63,152 bases of DNA, filler included, from Cercozoa sp. M6MM (GCA_040357565.1; 11 parts of 11 records of this genome joined end to end with filler, not necessarily neighbours in it); one strand, 5' to 3'; shown: positions 24,211 through 37,610, numbered from the whole stretch's first letter. The notes: a model not told the origin generated them from the letters alone. Program-made: numbers and translations.

Positions 24211-27200
24211 ATGTCTGGTTCAGCTTCTTCGCTTGGGCAAGAGTAAGCTTGCCATTTCCGAACGATCAAGCTTAAGGATCTAATTTATATTTCTTGATCG
24301 ATAGCATTTTCTGATTTGTCTCAGGGGGCACGGGGAAGAAGAGAAGAAGCTTGGCTTGTTCAAAAAGCGCCCGCGATTGAAAAATGGTGATCACATCGTT
24401 CAGGTACAAATGCACAAATACCTCTCCCTTGGTTGCCGCTCAGGTTTTGTCTTTGGGAACCTCAGGTGCACGTGATCGAAGGCCGCGAACTGCGCGGTTT
24501 GGGACGCGGCGACATGAGCGACCCGTGCGTCAAGGTGAGCAGTATACCCGCCAAGCCCTGTTCGTTTACTCGAGCTGTGTGTTTGTGTCAGGTGGAGGTG
24601 CTGGACAAGAAACGCTCCACGCGCATTCACAAGCGGCAGGCCAACGCTTACTTTGACGAGGTCCTGGTGTTCGAATTCGCCGGTCTCACTGTGACCGAGT
24701 TGCAGCAAGCCAAGGTAGGCCAAAGTAGCCTTGCCTCATGAGCATGGTTCGAGTAAACTGTGCCGGTGTGCAGATCAAAATTACGACAGTAGATGCCAAC
24801 ACGGTAAGTTCAGTTTTTGAAGCACCTGGTCTGTGTTAGGTTAGTTCATACTGCGAAGTTGTTGCGAGACTCCGAGATTGGCTCGTTTGAGTTCGACGTT
24901 TCTTCGGTGTACTTCCAAGAGGGGTACTTTGTCTTCTGCCGTGCTTGTTGTGCCGAGAGATAGACGTGTGCCCAGGCACGAAATCTACCGGCAGTGGGTC
25001 GCTCTGAGCGACACTCGCGGCAAGAGAGAAGGCGTGCAAGGCTACCTTCGTGTGTCGGTGACCGTGTTGGGTAAGCTGTGCTATTTAGACTTCGTTTTCT
25101 GAGAAAGTACCTGTATACACTTTAAACAGGTCCAGAGGATGAACAGATCTCGCACGACGACGAAGTCTTTGATGAAGAAGAGGTGCGGCCATCTTTCTTT
25201 TTGCCAGAGATGATCCATTGCCTTGTGTCGAAACGCAGGGCGAGATGCTGTGTGTGCTGATGCCGCCGGAGGTCGAACAGGATCCACATTTACTTACTGT
25301 ACCTTCGGCTACTCCTGTCCTGACTGGTCTCTGTACATGGATGTTCTGGTAGGTGACGGTCCACGAAGTTCGAGATTTGCCCGTGATGGTAGAAACGCTT
25401 GCTGTGCAGTTGTTCAGTCAGAGATTGCGTGCCACAGGACACCGGTGTTGTCGGAGGCAAGTGTGATCCGTTCGTGTCCGTCCACTTTGCCAGCAACAAG
25501 GTACACTTGATGAGACAGCGGGCAGGATATAACGCACTCGTTTTGGATAGGTTAAGACAAGAACTGGCACGGGACTCAACTATCGTTTCGACGAGTCAGT
25601 ACCCTCACAGTTATGTCACCGGAGAGTTACACAAAAATACACGTGATCAACATAGATCTCGCTGCCCGTGTTTGAGCCGGTGTTGTCGCAATGTATCACC
25701 ATCAAGGTCAAGGTACCTGCTTCCTACACTTCGGGTTGACAGTAAACACGTGCTACTGTGACAGGACTGGGACGTTGGCAGCAACGATCTCATTGGCACG
25801 GCCTTCTTCGATTACACCGAGCTGAAGGAGGCGCCGGATCAGCGTACCCGCACTTGACACCATATCCCTTCAAGTTCTCTGCACATACTGTAAACGTAGA
25901 ACTCGGTCCGATGTGGGTACACTTGTACGGTGCCCCTCATGGCAAGCAGGTACATACATGCATACGTGTATCTCGCCTTAAACGTCGTACGCACAGGCTG
26001 GGTTTGCGAAACGCATGAATCGCGGTCTTGTGGACGCAACGACCTACCGTGGTCGTGTGCTATTGTCCATGCAGGTATTCAGCCTGCCTCTATGTATGCC
26101 TAAATGTGTACGTTTAAATCAATGAAGGTCGAACCCTGCGCTAATCCCGAAAAACAAGTCGTCGAAGCCGACGTTCCGAACGACGTAGCTTTTCTCAGTG
26201 CAGTTGGTTATCTGTACTTTCTGTGCACGTGTCCTGTGTTTAGAATGCGATACCGCCGATGCAGACTTACGCACTCCAAGTATCCTTTTCATGCACACAG
26301 ATGACTCACAGACAAATATACTTCATACGCACAGTGCGACCTGTACGAGGGCTGCGAGCTACCGCGCTTGCACAAATTCCTAGGCGTCGGTCAGGTGCTC
26401 TTCTGTTGCATGTTTGGGTAATTGTTTTATGTCTCAATGAATGTGTAGAAATCCTTTGCGGTGCAAGTGTGCTGTGGTGCCAATGTGTGGACTTCGAAGA
26501 GCGTATCACCACAGGTGCATTTCTATCTGTTTCCTTGCTCGCTCTTTATGATGGGATACACAGAGTGGCCGCGCTTCTTGGTACCAAGCCTTGCACGGTG
26601 CAGGCGACACTGACCACTTTGCTCTCTCTGTGCCGACTGATGCCGCACAGGTAGCGCAGACCCCGTATTTTTCTCGTTTGTGTTTGTGCAAGTGTACTGT
26701 GCCCAGGCGCCTGACGTGTTCGTGTACCTTGTGGCTGCCAGTAAGCGCGTGGTGCGTTCCATGGCACTCCATGTATTGTGAGTGTATTTACTTACATGTG
26801 TGTGTTTAGTGCTACTGGCGTCGCTCCTTCCAGCAAGTGCTCGAGCAGGGCTGGGATGCTGCTCCTCAGTGGCACATGCTCAAGGTGCCAACTGTGATGT
26901 GTCTGTTCTTGTGTCATATTATGACCCGCATTGGTTTATAGGAGGACCGTGCGTTGGACGAGTTGGACGACAATGTCATGCCTGGTACAATAATTTATAC
27001 ACCGACAGAGATATTCTCTCACATGTGTAGGCGCATTGTTGTTCTCCCTTCGCGCGGGTGTATTGTCTACAATGCCATCGCGGCCTTCTGCTCTGGTACT
27101 CTGATATACAATACGGGTAGGTATCTGTACGTCTCACTGTGTTAGGCTCGTCCGTTTGCCTCCAAGATGCCCGACATGCCTGCTGAAGGTAATAATGTCA

Positions 27201-29403
27201 TACCCGATAGTTCATTCCTGTGTTTATGTGTGGTTGTGGGTGCAGCATCTGAAGCGTCGTTCGACGAAGAAACTTCACTGATCTCGCCGTCTGTTTCAAA
27301 CTCCTCTGTACCTGTTTTTCACATTGTCTATCCCTCCTATGCACATGAGTCTACGGTCTGCAGGGAGCGCTTCGCCTCGGTGTGCTGCATGTTGAAGCGG
27401 TAAACTTGCTTTCAATATATCCTTGTGTTGGTGTATCTGTGCACGTGGACACTCAGATCAACGGCACGCAATTGCCAGCCGCAGACAGAGGCGGCACCAG
27501 CGACCCGTACCTCTCTGTTTAGTCCGTTTAACATGCGTGTTGTGACTGTGACACTGCGGTTTGGGCAGTTTCTTGGTTTTCAAAATCGGCAACGAAAAGC
27601 GCAAGACGTCGGTATGCAAGAAAACGTTGAATCCGGTAACTACGCTCGCCTCCTTTATTCCTTCTCGATGTTTCTTTTTTAACATGCTTTCTTTGTCTAG
27701 ACATGGAACGAAACTTTCGCGTTTGAAGATGTGAATATCGACTCCACTTTGAGTACAGTTAAACACTATCTGTCCTCTCACTTTTTCAGTGTTCGTCGTG
27801 TAACTACAGGTGTCACTGTGTTTGACTATGACCGCGTGGGTAACGACAAACTCGGCGCTTTCGAAGTGCCCCTGCTGCAGGCGAGCGACCAAGAGTACGG
27901 TCCGTTGGACTATACTGGACTGCTTTCGTGTTGTCGTGTCGTTGGATGCGAATGTATGTGGGTGGGGGGGTAGGTTGTGACTTTGAGGTCACGCAGACGT
28001 GTTTCATCAGCGCCAAACATCCGCAGGCGCGTGTGCAACTTCGCCTATCTTTCACATTCACTCGTACCCGCTTTTTGAACTAATTTGTTCTTCCTGAACT
28101 CGCATTATGCTGCACAGACACGGAAGAGGCGCCAAAGAAGCGCGGGTTTTTCAAAAAGCTCTCGCAGAAGGTCCGACGCGAGAAGACACCGTACTGACCT
28201 TGCTGTCTCAATGCAGGTGCTTGACAAAGTATTGCAATAGAGGCCTTGTTCTGTAGTGTTGCCAAGCAAGGCTACTTTGGCGAGCCGATGCGTCGACACT
28301 TTCAGCTGCGTCTGCGCGTGTACATGGCACGGCGTCTGCGCGCTCTCGACAAAAGCGGCGCCTCTGATCCGTAGGAATTTTTCATCTGCCACGTGTTGCT
28401 ACAAAACTGTTTGGTCTCCACAGATACGTTCAAGCACGATTGGCTGGCTGTGAGGAGTGCACATCGGCGAGACAGGGCACACTGTCGCCTGTTTGGCACG
28501 AGTATCTTGCGCTCAACGCGTCTCTGCCGTTCCCGCTGTCACTGGTACTCTATCTTAATGCAAAACATAGATACATGTCCCTTGACTTGATTTAACTGTA
28601 CAGGCACCACCGTTGCAGCTTGCTGTGTTCGACAAGGACCGGTACTCGATGTGAAACACATAGATAGGTGTACACAGTGTGTGTATGTAGCATCGGTAAG
28701 AACGAGTGCATGGGCATGGCGACTCTGTGGTCTGTTTAAGTCTAGGTGAGTGTACCGAAGCGTGAATTTGCGTACACGTAGGTTGTACTCGGCACCGATC
28801 GGTGAGCCGCAGTGGATTACGTAAGTTGCCACAACTGTTGGTGTGGGGTGTTCGTATTGATGCATTAAGCATGCTTTGTAGACTGTGCGATGCCGATGGC
28901 AACAAGCTACCCGGACAGGTCTTGCTCGCAATCGACTTGCTGCCCAGTGAGCAAGGTGTTATTGTTTGTAAGTACAAATCCGTATACACTGTGTATCCAC
29001 TGTATTACAGGAGGCCTGCCATTCCAGCCGTTGGCACCGCCTGGGCAACACAAGTGGTACCTTACGTTATTTTTGTTGGCACGATAGTTTATGCAATGCA
29101 CAGGCTACAGCTGGCCATGCTCGGACTGCGCGACATCACTGGACGCACACTCGTGCACAAGGTACGATTTCTTCCACTTAGATTCCATTGGTACAGCGCT
29201 TTGCTTCGCAGCCTTACGTCGAATTAATTTCGAGCGGCAGCACGCGCAATCAATCGAAGCAACAGTTGAGAACGCGTGCTTCCAACATTCCGAGGTATCT
29301 GGGGCTCGGCTTTCTCTTTTTGACTGACAGTCCTTTCGTGTACAGTCGCCGCGACCCGAACTTCCTGCAGTTGTTCAAACTGCCTCTGCGTGTGCCGGAT
29401 GAT
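24211..29403 (+). CDS. Ferlin, N-terminal portion (multiple C2 domains), truncated by contig end
   Basis: VHVIEGRELRG..SDPCV, HEIYRQWVAL, GYLRVSVTVLGPED, DWDVGSNDLIG, WVHLYGAP..MNRG..YRGRVLLS, PDVFVYL, DRGGTSDP, DKSGASDP, MLGLRD, DPNFLQ. Confidence 0.93.
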
Positions 29404-29410
29404 GTATCGC

Positions 29411-29461
<51 letters not shown>

Positions 29462-29573
29462 NNNNNNNNNNNNNNNNNNNNNNNNNNNNNNNNNNNNNNN
29501 NNNNNTTAATTAATTAANNNNNNNNNNNNNNNNNNNNNNNNNNNNNNNNNNNNNNNNNNNNGTAAAACTGCAG

Positions 29574-30646
29574 TGTACCACGCCAGCGTTGTGGCAAGCA
29601 ATCACGGCGTGCAGCAGTGCGACACCCACACGTTGCCTGCATCAGGAAGGTGGGGGTAAAGGAGGTAATGGGAGCAAGAGGGGGTAAAGCTACATGTCGT
29701 TCTCAAAGGGATGTCTCCCAGTGGCATGGTACAGACGTAGAAAACGCGGTGCGAACACATCGCCGCGTCGTTCCAACCACTGTGTGTACATCAGGGTAAG
29801 AGGGGTGTGGGGGGGGGGGGGGGTAAACTGCACCTGCTCCAAGTCGCCGCCAGCAGCGTACTCCATGACAATGTAACGCCGCGTCTACTCACCTGGGGGG
29901 GTAAAGGGACAACATGGGATGTAGAAAGCATACATTTGTTCCATCGGCAGCAGGTGCACCGTCGAAAGCATCGCACAGACCAGTCACCTGTGTCCACAGG
30001 GAGGGTAACAAGGCAGGAGCGATATGGGGAGAGCGACAATACGTGATGCCGTGTCCTTGCGTTCTCAGTCAGTCGCCGCAGCGCCTCCTCCTACAGCCAG
30101 AGGGATCAAGGGGTGGGGGGGGGGGGGGGGGAAAAGGCCAAAATACCTCAACGGCCGAGGAATCGTCAGCATGACTGGAGGCATAATGTAACATAGGGGT
30201 ATCGGAGGAGGGGGGTAACAAGGGGTAGAGGTGGGCACACCTGCCATCTAGCGCACGACCACGACTCTCGAGGTGCGTGCTGCTGCTCTTGACGACAACG
30301 CTGTGCCCGGTCTGCGTGTCGGTCGCGTGGTACACGTCACCGTACAGCGACGGAGACAACTGCCGGTGCAGCTTGTACCTCTGTGGGAGGGAACGGGGGG
30401 AGGGGATAATGGGTACACAAGGGTCGCAAGACAGCACGGGGGGGGGTAAAACTGAAAGGGTAAAACTGAAAGTACCTCGCGCAGTAACTGCTCTGGCGTC
30501 TGTGGTGTTGGCACCGGATCGCGCACACTCGGCGAGTCCACCTGAGGCACGGGGGGGGGGGTAAAGAGAGGTAAAGGAAGCTGGGAGTTGAGAGACACCT
30601 TGATACGAAGTCCTGCTAGTTTGGCATTGAGACCGCGCAGCACCAT
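29574..30646 (-). CDS. Ser/Thr protein kinase, N-terminal lobe (partial)
   Basis: RYKLHRQLSPSLYGDVYHATDTQTGHSVVVK...RYIVMEYAAGGDL...LLHAVIACHNAGVVH (subdomains I-VIa); cut just before the catalytic loop. Confidence 0.88.
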
Positions 30647-31120
30647 TGCCCCAAAGGGTACTACTGCATACATTCGATATATGTATTTAAATAAAACAAC
30701 ACAAAGTAAGCACATGGATATGGCGACAACATTGATCAGATACCAGGGAAGGGGTGTTTGTGAGGGTCAGTCAGTGGGCGTGCGAGAGCCGGAGCCGATT
30801 TCTGCTCGATCTCGCAATGACCGGTGACTGACCGAAAAGCTGTTGCCACTCGTCACAACACTCGTGACGATAACGCCAGCTAATGCACTTCGTACGTTCA
30901 CGTGCTCTGCACTCGCTCGCTAAGGCTGTGGCTTGCAGGGCCCGGCGAGGGTTGTTGTTCGGAGCACACTCAAGGAAAATATAAAGAACGATCAAATTCG
31001 ATCAGTGATCTCCCAGTGACATTGCCAGTCGAACACATCATCCGCCCAACATTGATTCAACACCTTTGTTTCGGAGGCGCTTTAACCGGGAATTCACTTG
31101 AACGGACGAAGTCTTTCCGT

Positions 31121-32858
31121 ATGAGTTGTTGGGATGAAAACCCGGCCAAACGCGTGCGTCTACTCGATGGTAACGTTGTTCAATTTTCGCGCGTCTGCGC
31201 GTACTCAGGCCGTACGCACGATGTGAGGCAGGATCCGGCGGGTCGCTAAATTCGCCGCTGCGCTCGGTGACGATGACGCAGCATCCGGCTCGGTACGTGT
31301 TGTTTTCTTTTCAGTTAGGGAATCGCGGCAGCTGTGAAATACCCATCCGCTCTCTCTGTGCGTAGGGACAGAAGTGGCAGACAAAAGACGCGACATCTGC
31401 AGCCTTTCCTACGCGGGTCCTACCTAACCGCAGTGGCCACTCTGCCAGCCGAAATGTTCGAGCGCGAGGTACGTTTCGGTCTGACTTGTATCGGTCAAAA
31501 CGACACTCGGCACACCTCGCACAGGAGGACAGTCCCAACGGCCGCAAGCAGGTCACATGTAGCCTACGGTGCAACCTCAAGGTTGTCAGGTACTAGTTTT
31601 ACTCCTTGTGTTGTTTTTTAGCTTAGGTTTATGTATTTGTCTATGCAAGCTAGACTGCGGCGCAACATGTACGATATCCCGCTGCTCATTGTGCGAGTCC
31701 AAGGTACCTCTTGTGTTTGTTAGACCCAGGGGCAGAATGGGATTCGATTTGCTGCTTTGTGCCTGCAGAAATGTCGGACGACGGGCTGTCTTGCGTGCTG
31801 CAGGATCCCTTTGCCACAGTGAGTCTGTGTGCAGGTGGTTCTGTGCAGGTGTGTAGGGTATGCGAAACATACCTGCCTGTGGTGGTGTGAGCAGGCAGTG
31901 GCACAGCTGCATCCGAGTGTGTGCAAGCACCACGTGTTGTTGCCAGGCACTGTGCTCATATTGACCAACTGTGCTGCTGTTACGATTCTCTCGGTATTTT
32001 GCTGAGTACCGTGCCTTCTGTTTTTGTTTCGCTGCCTGCTTTACCCATGTACTTACAGCCTTCTGTAAGAGGCAACTCAGTCGAACTTGCGACTCGACTG
32101 AGGTACGTTTAGTCACACTTCTACGTGTCCCTTGGGTCACTGCTCTGGTATGTGGGTGGTCCGACTTGCAGGGAAGGCGAGCAGCTCACCGTGATGGTGC
32201 ACATTCGGTGTGTGCGCATGTGTTTGAATCCTGGCCTGCCCATTCCCGGCGACTTGCTGACTCTGCGTACCGTTGCTTGCACGCCCGGACAGTCCAGGGG
32301 AGTCGCTGTATGACTTGTGACTTGACTTGACACGTGCCACAGGGACAGACACTCACGTCAAACTCGGTCCGAAAGTTCGCTTCGTTGGCGCTGGCATGTA
32401 CATGTGTTTTGGGGGGGCAGACTAATCTTTCAGTCCTATATATATATATATATATATATATCAGAGACACGGGATACGGCTACGCTGCCGACGAGAGCGA
32501 GCAGCGTCGTCCAAGCACTCGGCCCTCTCTTGCTCCAGTTGCCGATGTTTTGGGAAAGACTGAGCCCGTGCCGCTCGGTAAAGACGCCGGTCAGAGCCAG
32601 CACACGTTCAACCGTGCCACCGATGACGACGACGACGAAGATGACGAGGACATGGACGAAGTCATGCGCATGCTGGCATCTGCCTCGCAGTCCTCTGTCC
32701 GAAGTGAATCCATCCCGCCTATTGCTGCTGCCGCTGCTGCTGCCTACGACAGTACCGACCGAGCTCGAATGGATCAGGGCGCCGTGCCAGTGCTCCCGAA
32801 CAACTTTGCCTTCAGCGACGTTGACTCGGACGCGGACTCGGATGTTATGGACTTTTAG
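31121..32858 (+). CDS. HROB/MCM8IP-like OB-fold protein (DUF4539)
   Basis: PFLRGSYLTAVATL and IPLLIVRVQEMSDDGLSCVLQDPFATVAQLHPSV....LLPGTVLIL resemble the HROB F.RGPWL and DP.G.+.+H....L.PG.VL.L motifs. Acidic C-terminal tail. Confidence 0.5.
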
Positions 32859-33039
32859 ATTTACCGCACGTCGGTTACAGCACGGACAAATCAGTACGAT
32901 ACAATAGTACTAAGCTCGAAAAGGAGTTTTCTTGCCCATGTTCGGTTTTATTCTGTAAAAGAATCTACGATCACGTAGGTCTGTAATTAGAGACCTTTGG
33001 CTGCGTATCAGTGTGCTGTCACCACAGAAACCTTGTTAA

Positions 33040-34119
33040 ATGCAGGCAGAGCTTCTAGGAGTGCCAGCTCAACAAATCCAAAAGTTCCGAGGTGCGCGCG
33101 CACAGTTTTCTTCCTCGCATGGTTTATTCGCTGTGATTTGCTCTGTATCGACAGTGGTGCTGGCTTCGGCATCACCACGCAGACGAGAAATTCTCGGAAA
33201 GTTCTTGTCACAATTTGATGTGATTCCGTCCACGTTCGAGGAGGTTAGTTATCGCATCTGTTTTGTAAAAGCCAATTATTGTCCGTCAAAATCTGCAGGA
33301 CCTGGACAAGTCAGAGTTCGACACTGCCGGCGATTACTGTGTCGCCACGGCGCTAGTGAAGGCACTTGATGTGTCCAAAAAGTGCCATGACGGCGGTACC
33401 TTTCGCACTACTTGCATGATGTGTCGCAGGGAGGAATTCTTATGGGCAGACTCCAGGCCCACACTCGTGCTGGCCAGCGACAGTATCGTCGTGCGAGACA
33501 AAGACATTCTCGAGAAGCCAAAGGATATTGAGGTTTAACTCTACTTGCGTTCACGTAGACACATCAATAAGCTGCTATGTGCACACAGGAGGCACGCGAG
33601 ATGCTGATGTCGCTGAGCGATCGGTGGCACCAGGTGTGCTCGGCCGTTGTACTTTGTCGCGTGCACGAAGGTACCCAGCATATCAAGACTGCTGTCATTT
33701 CAGATGTACCATGTTCGCAAACTTACAGGTCGTGTCGATGTGCTGTCCAAGCACTGCGAGACCACATGCGTGCAGTTCGCGCCTCTTTCCGAACGGCTTG
33801 TCGAGGACTACATCAGCACTGGCGAACCTTTGTACTTTGCTGCCCATAGTTTCACTGCACCCACTACGGCCGAGTGTTACCTCTGCGATGTGCGCAGTGA
33901 CAAGGCGGGTGGCTACGGTTACCAAGGCATTGCGTGCCAGTTTGTGACGCGTATTGAAGGATGCTACTTCAGTACATCACCTTATGTTTGGTTTTCATAT
34001 CCCAGCTGTAACTTCAAGTTGTCCTGACCCTTGCAGATGTGGTTGGCCTGCCGGCATTTTACGTGGCAGCAGCGCTTCGTGACGCGTTCACTGACCGGAA
34101 CTTTGCACCGAGCGATTAA
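33040..34119 (+). CDS. Maf-like nucleoside triphosphate pyrophosphatase (8 exons)
   Basis: VVLASASPRRREIL, PSTFEEDL, ASDSIV, ILEKP, HQVCSAV, GEPFDKAGGYGYQG, IEGCYFNVVGLP. Confidence 0.95.
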
Positions 34120-34717
34120 ATTAAGGCGCAGTAAATTACCGTAAATTACGTTTCATTTGCGTTAGAGTAGGCAGCGAAGCAGGCGAAAAACTACACTTGG
34201 CTATAGGATCGTTTGTACATGCCGAGCGAGTTCTGTATTCGTAGACAACGCACTTTGGTACCAATCGGGAACTTAAAAGAGGAGTTGCCCTCAGCGGGCG
34301 GTGGGTTACAGCCAAGCATGCGCTTGTGACTCACCCTCGGACTGGTACAGGGAAACGACATAGTTGGTTTCTCCTGAACTAACTTCAGTAGGCAATGCAA
34401 TTGGCTGTTAAATTTGGTTCAGCGAAGTTTTCATTTCGGGCCCGGATTGTCAGCTGAAGTTTCATTAGTAGCGGTTCAGTTGTTTCTGTTGACTGAGCTC
34501 CTCACCTGTACACACAGTACGCGAGCATCGCTAGTACACGAAGGGATTGCCTATCAATACTTCGCTGGAAGTCTCATCCATGCTTGCCGGAAGCTACGCA
34601 CTCTGAGAATATTCGTACAAGTGCATAGTCTGGGCTAATTTAGTAGGTCATACCGATATCTACAACGCACTTTTAGCATCCTGACTGGAGCTTACACGCA
34701 CTCAGATACAACAGGGG

Positions 34718-37533
34718 CTAGTGGCATTCGCGACAGTGATGATGGTGCCTACGACGGCGTCGCACGAACTGGTACGAAGTGTGTGGGCGAATGTGGGCGC
34801 AATGATCCTATTCAGCAGACTCTGGTCAACTGGGAACAAGCGAGTGCAACGACAGAGGTACCTGACCTCGCAGGACGTCATGCGATTCGCGTCGCGTCGC
34901 ATCGATTTGTTCGTCGACTCGACGGATGACGCGCTCCAGTTGCGATAGCACGTGCTGCTGCTTGGCTTGCTCGAACGGTTCAGGAATGGGAAACACATTC
35001 TTTTGTTGTGGCTGCACCGGCGGTGACGTTGGCTGTTGCAGAGGGTGCTGCGGATGTGGCTGCGGTTGCACAGTCTGTGGCAACGGCAGCTGATGCACGG
35101 CCACGTCGGTAGTTTTACCGTTGCTGACTGAGTGCGTCATTGCATTTTGCACTGCCGAGAGCAGCACGGCCTGCACAGGTTTCTTTGCATACAAAGGCAA
35201 CCAAGTGTAGTGACATGAGCATGCACGTACGGTACGTCGTTCCTCCCGCTGCTCGCTCTGTAGTTTGGCCAGTCGGTGGCGCAGCTGTCGCTTCTGCCGC
35301 ACGGTTTGCCGAAGCTCGCCGCGTAACTGTTCGGCGCGACACTGAACCCGCTTATTTTCCTGTCAGCAAGCACGCAGGTTTATCTATGTGCATTGAGCCA
35401 GCATATCAAAACAGTGGGCACCTGCGCAACTTCGTCCAGCTGTCGCTGCAGCAACTGCACTGTTTCTTCCCTCTCGACGAGTCGCTGTCGCAAGGCAGAC
35501 AGTTCCCGCTGTATCTGTGCGTGTAAGATGTGTGTACGATTCATCACAAAAACTGGAAGAACCTCGTGATCAGTCGCATTGTTTCTCGGCTTTGCTGGAT
35601 CAGGTGGAATGATCTGTTGTTGCTGCTGCTGTAACTGTTGCTGCTGCTGTTGCTGTTGCTGTAGGAATTGCTGTTGCTGCATCTGTCGTCGCTGCTCGAG
35701 GTGCGCGCGCTGCGTTTCCTCCTTTGACGAAACACATGCCGTGCACTTTCTAATGCGAACAACATGTATGGTACCAACATGCGCGACAATCTGCGAGTGC
35801 GTGCCTCTTCCGAAGCAAGACGTTTCTGCACAGTGTTGCTTGCATCGGTGCTTTGCTTGGCTACCATACAACTGTATGCCAACACGCGAGTGCTCAGGTT
35901 CGCAAAGGTAAAATACCTTCGGCTACGGCACGGTCGCATGCAATCTGCAGACGGCTTAGGTCATTGCGCGCTTCGTCCAGTTTCTGTGAGTGGCATGTAG
36001 TTGACGTAAGTGAAATCTCCAAAGCTATTGAAGAAAGCGACAGGAGTTGTCGATACATTCTGCAACTGTCGCTTTTGCGCATCGTTTGAGTTTATTTCTT
36101 GCTGCAAGCGACGAATTGTGACCTACACTTACAATACATCCCTTTATTGAATAGTGCAAGGTGAGCAGTTGTGAACCTGTGCTGCGGACAGAGTATCACG
36201 GGCAGACTCCTCGCGCGTCGTTCGCTCTCGCAACGACGTTTCTGCCTGCGAGAGTCGCTGTTCCAGCTGCCAGCACAAATCTCACATTGGTCTCTTCTAT
36301 AATCTCTCTACAGGCAAAACATGCGATTACCTCGGCATTCTGTCGCCTCAGTCTGTGCTTTTGCTGCTTAATAGCCTGCATGCCGATGGGCGCATGTAAA
36401 TATAAGCAGCATCGGTGTGAAGACAAAGGTGCACCTGGAGTTCTGCTCGTACCACCGAGGCACTGGTTCGTTCTAAACAGTGCGAGCGTCACGGTGAAAA
36501 CGAAGGGTTTCTACTGTAATACCTTCACGCAGGTTGCGACGCTGCAGCTCGAGTTGCTCGATTCGACTCAGTAAGGAAGCAATGCCTGAACGAAACACAT
36601 TGCCGAAGACAACAGAGTGTAAATTGTACCTTCCTTAAAACGACGTTCAAAGTCGACGCGCTGCTGATTCGCATCGTCGATTCGTGTACGTGCGTGCTGC
36701 CACTGGCGCTGTTGCTGTGCGTGCTGCTCCCGCAGACGGGACATGTTGATACTTAGAGTACTGTTTTTGCAAAGCAAAGTAAAGTTGGGAGAGAGGGAAT
36801 ACAGATAGACCTAGTAAAGGGTATACTACTCCTCTTGTCGTGTCGAGTTGTGCAGCCGCAACTGGAGCTCTTTGACGCGTTGATTTGCCTCCTCGAGTCT
36901 GCGTGCCAGTGAAACAAGCAGAATGATGCACCATGACACTGGTACAGATAGGACGTGCGTACTCTAAACAAGTCTTTCGGTGTGCCTCGTGCGCATGTTC
37001 CGCGCGCTGCTGCTGCTGTACGTGCTGTTGCTCAAAAACTGTGCAGCGGTGTCGAAGTTGCTGGAGGTCCACGCGAAAATTCTCCGCTAGTGACTCGGCT
37101 TTCTTCACTCGAGAACGTTGCTGCAAGAGACGGGTAGGTAAAAATCTATACATTAGTCAACGGCGGAGTGCCCCGCGCACGTAAAATGAAAATCGTTTAC
37201 CTCGGCAAGTGCGGCGTTTTTCTCTGCGCAGACGCCGCTTGCTTCGCGCAGCTGCCGCGACAGTTCGTCACACTTGTCTCGCGCCTGCTTTGTAGCATCT
37301 TGTGCTTGTTGCTTCTCCTTCTGATTAAGGCAAGATAGCAGTATTTAAACAGTCTTGCGTTCCACCAGGTAAGAACTAAAAAAACGAGGGTATAACAATT
37401 TACAGTGAGTTGTTGTGAATGATCTCGCTGCTGCTGGATTTGTTTGCGTGCCGATTCGATTTGCTTTTGCGCCGACTGCAGCTGCGCACGCAGCGTTGCT
37501 TCAGTACCGGCACGTGCCGCTAGGTCATCTGCC
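34718..37533 (-). CDS. Long coiled-coil protein, 3' part
   Basis: Many Q/E/R/L heptad-rich exons (e.g. QRELSALRQRLVEREETVQLLQRQLDE; LEISLTSTTCHSQKLDEARNDLSRLQ). No family recognised; the 3' end is approximate. Confidence 0.7.
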
Positions 37534-37566
37534 TGTTTCAGGGTAGTTTAGTTGTACATAAGTGTG

Positions 37567-37610
<44 letters not shown>

